Assembly (NCBI GenBank): GCA_051453625.1
Contig: JBOZIK010000001.1
Location: 31,794,087 to 31,843,644, forward strand
Origin: Welwitschia mirabilis
Lineage: Eukaryota
Reading direction: 5' to 3'
DNA: 49,558 nt
In this document: one piece after another, positions 38,273 to 49,558 of the stretch
Layout of the letters: every line of letters starts with the position of its first letter
Position numbering within the stretch: position 1 is the first letter of the stretch
Notes under the pieces: generated by a model
What the model was told of the DNA's origin: nothing
Databases searched by the model: none
The model's input: the letters and a program-made list of their open reading frames with translations, nothing else
Translations under genes and position numbers: made by a program

Positions 38273-40787
38273 TGATGGATTTGAAACCCTCATGCATAAA
38301 ACATGCCCTATTCTAAGAGAAATTCAAAGGAAGCGTGAATGGTACTTCATTGAGATGGTTAAAATTTTTCATTTTACTAAATCAATGAATACAATAGAAC
38401 TCTTTAAATAATATAATCTTGTTCCTACAGATCCATTATTTACTCAATCAACTAAAACTCTTAGTATGACTAATGTGCATTAGGCATTCCCATTTGTACA
38501 TTTTATTTAAATAAACATCTCTTAAGAGACTATAACTCAATAAACCCCCCTTTAATGTCAAGTTCAAAATATAAAAACTTAAGTATTATGAAAATGCTAG
38601 AACATTTCTCTAACATAGCATTAAAGCACACAACTAAAGCATTAAGATAAAAAAGTACCAAGCTTTGAAGTAATCTCAAGGAAGATTTCCTTTGAGTAAT
38701 CTTTCTAGATAAACCTGCATCCTTTACCCTATTCAAATTTATATAAAATATCCTTCGAGTACTCTCCTCAATCAATTTGTATACCTTTCTTAGAACCATG
38801 AGATACATCCAACACTTCAAATGAAACAAGCCTAATCATATAGAAAAACATATTATGAAAAGCATTTCATACCACTTTTTATAAAATTTATTCCTATATG
38901 ATACTGCGTATGTAATGGATTATGAGAAGTCCACATGAAGGGAGTAAACAAATTTAATCCTTCATTAAATAGAAATTTTAAATTCATAAAATATTACCAT
39001 GAAAAGAAGAATTGCATTACACATGATAAAATCAAACAATGATAGTAATATTGATGGCTCTCCTTTGAACTAATAATCGTTTATAGAACATTTTAAAAAT
39101 GAAACCCTTAATTAACAAATAATCATAAAAAAATCATTTTGTGATTATGATATTTCAATAGATACAAATTCTACCATTATATTTTCCATATTTAAAACAA
39201 ATGAAGTTGTGAAGAGTAATTTTTGTAACACCTTTTCTAAAGTCTATTTTATTCACCTATGCATTTGACAACCTCTAAAGTTATAATTTTCAAAAATGAA
39301 AGTTATGTTTCTCCCCAAAACATTAGACTAAAGCATCAGAAAGTTTCTTATTTTAAAAATACTTCTAATATAATTGAATTACAGCTCTTAATAACTCAAT
39401 CATAGGACTCTCTTTAGATTCCTCTAGTGTTAGTTCTAGTGACTTAACCCTATGTGCAAAAGGTACTCCATGGAAATGATTGCAATAAAACCCATCAAAA
39501 AATTACTCCTTTGATAACATCATTTCTCATTTTTTATGAACCTTCATGAATTTCTTCAACTCTTTAATATGATACTAGAATTTTTAGAGTAAAATGAAAG
39601 CATTCCATGGATTTTGTGATACATAAATTACCTTCAAAGATGAAGAATTATTTTGAGCAAAAGGTAATTTATGGAATGGAAGATAAGCCTATAGAATCTT
39701 ACAATTATTTTATGCATAGAATTAACATTAGTTTTAATAAATTCATTAATCAGGACAATTATGAAATGATGGTATAGAGATTGAAGTATAAGAGAAGAGC
39801 GTATGAATAAATGAACAGAGAAGTTAGTAAGAGAATGAAATATTTAAACATCTAATTTAGTACAAGAATTTTTAATGGATAATAAAGAACTTAATCAAGA
39901 GGTAAAATATCCCTTTAGTTCAAATTAAAATTGTAAAAGCCTATTTGCTCTCAAACCAACATAAGAAACTTAATCAAGCTTTCAAAGTGTTATTTGATTT
40001 TAGATGAAGAAAATAATCCTATTTCAACCTTTCAAATAATTCTTCAAATATTAAAAAATTAAAAATGAATAAAAGATGAGCTAAAACATCTATTCTAAAC
40101 TAATTATGATAATAAACATGACTATAAAATTTTAAAATATATTAAACCAAGACAGGACATTAGATAAAACTTATAAAATGCTATAGAAATTCTCAAAATA
40201 TTTTGATTCAACTAAATATATTTGAGAATTGATGAACACCAAAAAACATAATTCCACAACAACATCAAATTATCATCAATTAACCCTTTTCCAATAATAA
40301 GCACATTGCTTGTTGTGGAAGAAGAATTCATAATTTCCTTTTATGACACAAAAACTAGAGATCTCATAAGGAAAAATAAATAGGATAGATCTTATTTAAT
40401 CATTATTTTAAATAGTCCTTATATTTAAACAAAGGATCAATACTTCAAGAATCTTTCCTTTACCTTTTGATCTTAAAACTCCAAAAGTTTTTTCCTTGGT
40501 ACTAATTGAAGCGTTTGAAACTCTAATGTGTAAAATAGACACTGTAATAGAAGAAATTCCTAGGGGCATTATTGGCACTACATTGAGAGAACTCAAGTGT
40601 TTTATTATCTTAAATCAATAAATACAATATACCTTTCTAAATTAAATTGTCTTTTTCATATAAAGTTTCAATGAGATCCACTATTTACTCAACCACTAAT
40701 GACTCATATGTCAACTAATATGCATTTAGCATTTTTATTTGCACATTTTACTTAAATAAACATGTCTTAAAAAACAATAAGTTAATA
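38273..40787 (-). mobile_element. Element H: ~2.5-kb short-LTR, non-autonomous retroelement with unidentified interior
   Basis: Diverged ~270-280-bp direct repeats at 40507-40787 and 38273-38542. On the minus strand, PBS-like ttagtaccaagg follows the first and PPT aaagggggg precedes the second. Flanks aagta and aagtt give a 4/5 TSD match. Confidence 0.6.
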
Positions 40788-42109
40788 AAGTTTATTATAA
40801 AAATCCATTAAATCTATTTTTAGAGTTATCAAAACTCAAATTTGTGAATTCTAGAAGTGCTATTTTCATAATTTTAAAATGTTAACACAATTAAAATATT
40901 ACAAGTGAGGAATCCATTTATACAAGTCTATTTTAACCTAACAAACATAGCTTTTAACTAGTTATTCCTTTTTTTGAGTTTAAGATCTTAGAAAATAAGT
41001 ATAGAATTAAACCTTCATTAATAATAAGTCATATTTAGTAATGATGATCTTAAATGAGAAGTCATTATTAGGTTATATCATATTTATTATTATTATACAT
41101 ATAGGTTTTTATGAATTATCATCATGTAATGATGATCTCTTACTTAAAATAAGGAGTTATTATCAACTATAATATGTTTTTAATGATTAGTCATATCCAC
41201 TAATTATGAGATCACATTTGGAAATAATGAGTTGTTAGTGATAAATTGATCATTGTTAGTTAGCATGTATAAGTTAAATCCTAGAAATAATTAATAAATT
41301 ATCACTAAAATATTGTTAATCATGTTAATTAATGTTTGGTTAACCTCTCTCATAATTCCACATGTAATAATGGCTTACCCTCATTGTTAATCCTCCTCAT
41401 TAAATCCTATAACATAAATATCAATATTATTTAATCATTATTTCATACAAATATTGCTTCTTATGTTAAGTGATGATATCCTTCTAAGACTTAGATCATT
41501 ACTTGGCGGTGGCCTAATGAAGTACCCTTCCCTTAGCAAAAAATCTCTCACTAATGAGAGATAATAAATGAAGAAATTCAACTTTATTTTTAATAAATTT
41601 TACAATTGATAAGTTATTGTTAGCTCAGCCCTTCATTAGTAAGATACATCTTATATTTGTTATTCTGATTTAATTGTATAAGAATCGAAGATAAAAAATT
41701 ATTATTATAATCTTGTATTATTTTTTATTATAATATCCATTGTTTTGTATTTGTATTATTCAACATTTAGTATAATATTAATACATGACGCTAGTCTATT
41801 ATTAAAAATTATTTAACTTTTATTTTTGTAATACTGATCAGTAATATATGCATTTCACATTACTACTATTAGAATAAAGTTTACTTAACTATGTATATTT
41901 TAGTTGAAGTAATACTTTACTTACTATAACTCTTAGGATATGGCTAAAAATTATTGTACTCTTACCCTTATAGAATGTAATCATTTATGCACATAATAAA
42001 TATTAGAAANNNNNNNNNNNNNNNNNNNNNNNNNNNNNNNNNNNNNNNNNNNNNNNNNNNNNNNNNNNNNNNNNNNNNNNNNNNNNNNNNNNNNNNNNNN
42101 NNNNNNNNN

Positions 42110-42182
42110 TGAATTGAGTTCCTGTTCCCTGCAAAACACCATCAATTACACCATTAAAACATGATAATTTGGGATCGCAACA
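42110..42182 (-). repeat. Terminal 73 bp of a younger LTR at a contig edge
   Basis: The minus strand starts TGTTGCGATCCCAAATT...TTTAATGGTG, similar to the family LTR starts. It is GC-richer than its surroundings and keeps CpGs. Confidence 0.55.
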
Positions 42183-43485
42183 ATATTTTAGTTGAAGTAA
42201 TACTTTACTTACTATAACTCTCAGGATATGGCTAAAAATTATTGTACTCTTACCCTTATAGAATGTAATCATTTATGCACATAATAAATATTAGAAATAT
42301 CTTATCACAAATATATTTAAATTACTATTAATTTTTAGAGAATCAAATAGTAATATTCTCATGATACATTGAATGTCATAATATTAAAGTTAAAGTAAAA
42401 TAATATAATATTAGTTTTCATAACTATAAATTAATGCAAGTAAACCTTTAAATAGAATTTCTAATAGTGCTCAAATGAATAGAAGGTTACATGCATAACT
42501 GTTTCTCTTGTAGTTTTTGAATTAAAGTCTTCTTCTATACTACCATAATGGTTTCTTCATAAAACAAGTGTTCACTTATAACATTGTAAATAACTATCCT
42601 CTTTTTGTAATTTCAAATGCTTTATTTGAGATCTCCATGATTAATTGTTATCAATTTTTGTATAAACTATAAAGCATTTATACTTTAGAAAGAGTAGTTA
42701 CATGCAATATTTCATGACTTATAAGAATCCCATTTTTGCTAAGTAATAGACATGCATAACTTTTCTATTTAGTTATTAACATAGTATTCCTAAAGATCTA
42801 TGTTTTTCATATAAATAAAATCCTGTTAACTTAGCGTTTTACTTTATCTTTTCTAGTTCATCTCATTTTATAAATCCTCTCCTTCTTCCCATCGCAAATT
42901 TCAATTTCATATGTTCTAATTATTCATCTTTTAAATCCAAATTTTGTCTTAAAAAATTAGATCTTGAATATAAAAATGGAAAGATTAAGATTCATGTTAG
43001 TAAGCTAGATGGAATAGGCTCTCTATGATAGAATTATCTTCTTTTAATAATAATGATCAAGATTGACACATTTATAATTCAGTAGAGGAAGTTATTCATT
43101 AAGTTATTAAATTCAAGTAGATTTGCAAATCATGGAAAATGTTAAAAGAAGGTTGATACTCTACTTTATAAGTATTTATTTATAAGAAAGGAAGAGTTGA
43201 GAGTTAAACTTATTTAAATAGAGTCTCATGATAACATAAATTTTAAGAATTAATATTTAGTTATTATCTTATTAATGAAGATAAATGTTAACTAAGATTT
43301 TTCTTAATTATTTTTATATTTGATTATTTATTAATTAATGTTTATATATTTTACTATCTCAATAGTTATAGTATTAATATTAATAATATTTTTCATGTTA
43401 GTAAAATTAATAGTTAGTGATTAATCATTTTATTATATTTGAAATTAAAACAACTTATTAAAGTACAAACATACCAACTACCATA

Positions 43486-43497
43486 TGGCATCAAAAC
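43486..43497 (+). promoter_or_regulatory. Possible tRNA-iMet primer-binding site of element F
   Basis: tggcatcaaaac versus TGGTATCAGAGC (9/12, all transitions), 2 nt after a ...ctacCA candidate LTR end. Confidence 0.4.
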
Positions 43498-44261
43498 AAT
43501 AAGATGGTCATGATAGTTGTGGTAAAAACTACCTAAGTACTAAATCCTAAAACTTATAAAGAAGTAAAATAAATATAAAATATAGAATAGGAACTAAATT
43601 TTTGGGAGAAAATCAAAATAATCCTAAGACTAAATATTAGTTTAATGCATTCACTGAAATTTCAACTCTAGTGCTACTTCTAAATAAAATACTATTTGTA
43701 ATCAGCACTTTGTTATAATATAAGAATTATATTTCTGAAAAGTTACATTTTATTATTATATTTATTTGAAATTATTTAATTAAACATTTATATTCTTTAT
43801 AATGTTTACTTACTAATAATCACTTAAAAAGGTATTGTTTTCTTTAATCATGGCATTATGTATGCTAGTGAGCATATACTAGGATAGTTTTAGTACTTAG
43901 AAATAGATATTACTTTAGTTTAATTATTTTAAACACCTATGTTTCATATTAAATCATGTATATTATTTACATAAATAATGATTGATCATTATTCGACTCA
44001 AGTTACTTTTGCTATCCTTATCAAGATCTTATCTTGCTAATACAATTTGAGTCAAATTAGTTGAACTACTTATTTGAACTAGTTATTTAGTAAGCCTTCA
44101 TACTACTATAGTAATAATTAGATATATTATATAAATTACTCGTACCATTTTTCAATATCTTTATTTCATATTCTAGCATTATTTATATATTTTTCCACCT
44201 TAATAGAAAGCTTTATCATTTTGATGCTAGAAGAAAATCCCTCTAAAACCAACTAGTAAGG

Positions 44262-47200
44262 ATGAAGAAAACTATTATCAAGAGAGATAGTGAAGGAAAG
44301 TAAAGAGGTACAAAATCCAAGTATGTTAGAATACTTGAAAGATATGATTTAGCAAAAAAAAAATCTACTAATCAAATCAAGATAGAAATATAGGAATAGG
44401 ACTTTGAATTTGAAGAAACAAACTTAAAATAAGTTTTCAAAGATAACATCTTATATCAGGTTATGAATGAGATGGAATAAAGTCATGTTATCCTTCTTAT
44501 AAATGAAATTATTTTAATATAGAGAAAATGATCTAGGACAATAGAAACAATAATAAATAATAAATCTGTAACACAAAAAAGTTCATAGCAAAATATTATT
44601 GAAAAGATGATGGGGATCCCATACTTTTAAATTATAATACTTAGATGACTTAATTCCCATTGATCCTAATATCTTAGAACTTTTTAAAAAGATGTTTCCC
44701 TTATTTTATTTGATTATTTCTACAAAGATAATCATTTGCAGTTACAATCAAATTGCTTAAGATATTTTCCTTTTCCTCTCAAAGTAGAAGCATAATTGTG
44801 GTATCACAGGGCATCCAACCATGCCTTTAATGCATGGAGAATCCTTAAAAATTCTTTCTTAGAAAAATCCTAACCCATGAGAATAGTAGAAGATTTAAAG
44901 ATAAAATTATCAATATTAACAAAAAATAAAATGAAAGATTTGATGAACTCATGGATAGGTACAATATATTATTAGCAAAATGTCCTAAACATAAATGATC
45001 ATTTGTTAGACATTAAAAGAGATAAGTCTTTAATGTAAAAAAATATTAGGACTAAGAATGTACAAAAATGGATGAGATAATTACTTAACTATATGATATG
45101 AGCTACGGATGGGGGTAGGGGAGTAGAAAATACAAACATGTACATCATGTATTAATAGTAAAAATAAGAGGACATTTCAATCCTATGAAGGAATTAGCTA
45201 AAAATTTGTTGATAATATGATAGAAACATATGATAATTTATTTATTAAATACTTGGATAAATACATAATACCCACATGTGAGCATTATAACAAAGATGAG
45301 AAATAGAATTCCCTATGTGTAAGAATTCATATAGTGATTGGATATCAATAGTTTAGAATACGTTTAAGTGATTCATCTTAAGAAAAGAATAAATCTTACT
45401 ATTATGAAAATAGAATATGAAAAGAAAAAATAGAATAACATATTGAAAATTATGTAACTTCTAAAAGATAATAACAATATGAACATTATAAAAATTATTG
45501 GAATAAATATCAAGGTAATAGCTTCACTAGATAGAAAATAAAAACAAGAAAGAAACAATTCTTACTCAACCTCAATCTTTAGTTTTTCTAATGAAAAAAA
45601 AAGAAACAAATAATTAATAACAAAGTGAAGAAAAAATAAAGAGGTAATAAGGAAGTAATAACTAGAACCTTTAGTTTTTCTAATGAGAATTAGACAAATA
45701 GAGCATTCTAAGATGGACAAGAGTCTTAAATATCTAGATAAAAATTTAGAAGATATAATATGTTATTATCTCTAATAAAATTATTAAAAATTATACTTAT
45801 GCATTAGGGACAAATGAATAGTACATGTTCTAATCAAAAGAACCAAAGAACTCTAAGGAACTAAAATAAACTTAAATTGAGATGGTAAAAAAAACATTAA
45901 ATTTTTTTGAGAATCTATAAAAAATCATTTAAAATAAATAACATGAAAAAGATAGTGATCCTTAAATACCTATGATTGATATCAACGTGGATAATGAATT
46001 AATAGTAAAGGATTTAATTAATGTTAGAGCTAGCACAAATGCACAATGTATGAAACCCAAAAGGAATTAGGATAAATAGAATTTACATCCTACTAAGGAA
46101 ATAAAAGGTTTATATTATTGATGGATTATTAGTAACAGCTAAGGGAGTTTTAAAATATATATTAAAAGAACTTCAAGGGTTTATTTATGCCATTAACTCC
46201 TTAGTAATGAAAACTTAAGGGAATACTCATGTTTTTATTGTGGGAAGGCTATAAATGACCAGTGATGATGGAATAATTTAGTTAATAAAGGCAGTAATGT
46301 AGGTAAGTTTAAAATTATTAAAGTAAGAAATAAAACTATCTAATGAAACTATCATGGAAGAAATAGGAACTAAAAGTGAAGCAACAATAAATGCTATCTC
46401 AACTAAAGAAATACATAAAGTTTTAAAAGATAGAAATGAAGAAAAATGTAAGGAATAAAACTTGATAATTTATAAAATAAAGAAACCACCTCTACAAGAG
46501 AAACTTAAGTATGTAGAGATATTAAGAAATATATCCTTCATCATAAATAGTAACATCATATGTTCACAAGGAGTAAATTGAAAAAAATTCATGAAAATAA
46601 AACAAGCATGTGCATGATATCATAACAATGTTAAAGGGACTAATTCTAAAATAAATTAATGTAAAATTTACTTAGTTTCTTTAATTAAACCTAGCAAGCA
46701 ACTTGGAAGAAGACGCAATCCAATTATGCAATAAATCCTTAAATAAGAAATCACTAAACTCTTAGATGTAAGATTTATTTATCCTATATCAAACTCAAAA
46801 TGGATTAGTCTTGTTATACTAGTGTTTAAAAGGAAAAATGAATGGCAATTACATGTTGAATTTAAGACATTACAATGTAATAAGGATCCTTTTTCTTTAT
46901 GTTTTGTTAACAATATCTTGGAAATAATAGTAGGATATTGAGACTATAGATTTACTTAATAGTATAGTGGTTATAACTAAATTCTAATTACTTTATAGGA
47001 TTAGGGTAAAACCACTTTTACTTATCATTAGGATGTATATGCCTTCAAGATTGTACATTTTGGACTATATAATACTTTAGAAATATTTCAAAGAATTGTT
47101 AATAGTATTTTTAAGATATGATTAAAAGGCTAGTCAAAGTTTAAATGGATGACTTTTTAACCTTTGAAAATGATCTTTATGGATCACTTAAAAGATTATA

Positions 47201-49280
47201 GAAAGTGTTATAAATATGTAAACAAAAGAGATTAAAAATTAATTGATCTAAGAGTCAACCTATGATGACATAAGGGATGGATTTAGAAAATAGAATCTCT
47301 CAAAACAAAATTGAGATGCACAAGTAAAAGATTTAAGAAATAAAGAACATACCTCCTTTAACTAAACTTAAGGAATTTAGATCATTCCTAGGGCATATAG
47401 GATATTAGAGAAGATTCATAATAACTTTTAAAAAAATTCAAAGTCCTTAGTAATCTTTTTCAAAATTATTGTGAGTATAATTGGACTTTGAATGTCAAGA
47501 ATCTTTTTAAATTTTGAAAGATAATTTAATTAAGTCAGCTATAGTACAAGAATCTAATTGCTTAAAACCATTTTATATAATGGATGATGCATCTAATCAT
47601 GCTCTGAAAGCTGTTTTAGAGTAAAAAGATGATGAAAATAAATCATACCCCATTTTTTATATAAGAAAAATCTTAAATTTATTTCAACATAATTATACAA
47701 TAACTAAAAAGGAGATTTAGTAGTAGCAATAATACTAGAAAAATGTAGACATTACATTATAGGATAAGAAGTTAAAATGCATGATGATCATAGTTCTATC
47801 ATATTCTTAATAAATATAGAGAAGAAAATTTAAGGATCATGATCCATATATAATAGATGAAAAAAATTTACTTAAAAATCATTAATAAATAGAAACTAAA
47901 AATATAGTTGCATACCATCTATTAATATCAAATTTTTCACATGGAGATAAACAAATAAGTGCAAGGAATAAATTCTTTCATAAGAATATCCTAAAAGTTT
48001 AGACAGATCCTTAGTATAAAGACATAGCTAATTTCATAGTTAACAAGAAATTAACATCATATTTTCATCATTTTGAAATAAAATAATTATTAAGAGAAAT
48101 TAAATTATTACATATGGCACAATAAAACTTAATTAAAACATGTAAGGACCATATAATTATAACACAGATGAAGGAGGATATACAAAAGTAAATTATTAAA
48201 AAAGTACATAAGGGAAAAGGTAAAGAACATTATAATGTAAAAATAATAGAAATGAAAATTTCTAACATGGCATATTATTGTCCTAAAATACATAAAGATT
48301 CATATTTTATGTTTAAAAATGTGAGAAATGCTAAAAGGAAGGAGAATTCTCTCAAATATTAGAAATGTCATGATAATAAATTTAAGTATTAGAGCAATTT
48401 AATATATAGGGTATATATTTCATTAGCTTCATTTATCCTTGATCACATGGAAATAGGTACACATTGGTTTATGTTAATTACCTAATTAAATGAGCTAAGA
48501 TTGAAGCTATGTCCTATTGTTCTTTTCAAAAAATTATTAAATTATTTTTTAAAAATATTATTTATAGGTTTAGAGAACCTAGGTATTTTATTTCTAATGG
48601 AAAACCCACTTTACTAGTGTACTTTTAGGAAAACTTCTTATAACTATGAAATTCGTCATACATTATCCATCTCTTATCACCCTCAATTAAATGGTCAATC
48701 TAAGGTAATAGATAAAGAACTTAATGAAATCCTAATAAAAATCATAAATCTAAAAAAATATTAATTTCATAAAAAACTAAATAAAACATTATGTACTCAT
48801 ACAATAACTTGAAAAAATAGTACAAGATTCACATATTATGGGTTAGTATATGATAAAAATAAAACTAAGTAATTAAAATTAAGATTAAAAGTTTTAAATG
48901 AGTGAAATTATTAAAAATAAAAATTGATGAACACTAGACAGAATGGATTAATAATATAAATATCTTAGATGAAAAAACAACAAAGGCCCTATTAATAAAA
49001 GAAATAACACAAGAAAAGATAAAAACCTTACATGATTAAAAAATTGGAGAAATAGAATTTAAAATAAAAGACTTAGTGATGGTTTATATTCCTAAGAAAT
49101 TACATCACAAAATAAAAGTATGAATAGATTTTTCCTTGATCATATAAAATAATGAGATTATACATAATTAAGTAGTTTAGATTTATGATTTAGATGAAAA
49201 TGTTACTTATCAAGTTAATGAACAAAGAATTAAAATTTATAAAGACCAAAATGTTTTACTAGAATGTTTAGTAAATTCCT
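44262..49280 (+). pseudogene. Element F: heavily decayed Ty3/gypsy gag-pol (gag, PR, RT, RNase H, integrase)
   Basis: Gag RYFPFPLKVEA*LWY (~44760) and protease LINVRASTN (~46015). RT FIYPISNSKWISLV, VHFGLYN and V*MDDF. RNase H DDASNHALKAVL and NYTITKKE. Integrase SYHPQLNGQSK (~48672). RT-RH-INT is the gypsy order. Confidence 0.9.
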
Positions 49281-49486
49281 TTAGAATAAATAGGATACTC
49301 CCATTCTTTGTTTTATAATTAATTACTTCGTATAATTAAATAAACCATGTTAATTATTTATGATATTTTCTCTGTTAACTTATTAAGTATGAATTTGAAT
49401 GACTTAGAAGAAAAAAGGCTAACCTATTATAATTTTGATAGAAATTCATGCACTATATCATAAGTTAAGGCTCTATAAAGTATTTC

Positions 49487-49490
<4 letters not shown>

Positions 49491-49558
<68 letters not shown>
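49491..49558 (+). repeat. (CA)n microsatellite at the window end
   Basis: Perfect AC dinucleotide run to the last base. Confidence 0.98.

Noticed and set aside
41030..41890. Possible LTR or DNA-transposon fragment with tcatcatg.aatgatga mini-palindromes
   Set aside because: No termini, partner copy or coding motif could be established by eye.

Overview
This is very AT-rich, CpG/CHG-depleted eukaryotic DNA, most likely land-plant heterochromatin (plant-type L1 ORF1, Athila-like primer-binding sites), from a gapped short-read scaffold. I find no intact host gene, RNA gene or CRISPR array. The window is a stack of nested, decayed retrotransposons. A Ty1/copia element (+, ~18.7-23.1 kb) is cut by an autonomous-type Ty3/gypsy element A (-, 5023-18698). 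A carries a non-autonomous gag+protease-only element B (+, 9380-17151) and a chain of further insertions: LTR C, then LTR D, then an L1 LINE. A second copy of the gag+protease-only family (E, 28650-37187) has a perfect ATCAT target-site duplication. Also present are a SIRE-like 3' end with an unidentified ORF remnant, a 2.5-kb short-LTR element H with an unidentified interior (38273-40787), a heavily decayed gypsy gag-pol F (43.5-49.3 kb) and a terminal (CA)n. Most listed ORFs are pseudogene fragments, antisense chance ORFs or N-gap artefacts. The best novelty candidates are the B/E family, which replaces RT-RH-INT with a shared hydrophobic tail, the dispersed hairpin motif of this gypsy family, and element H. 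All translations and alignments were done by eye, so boundaries of decayed elements are approximate.
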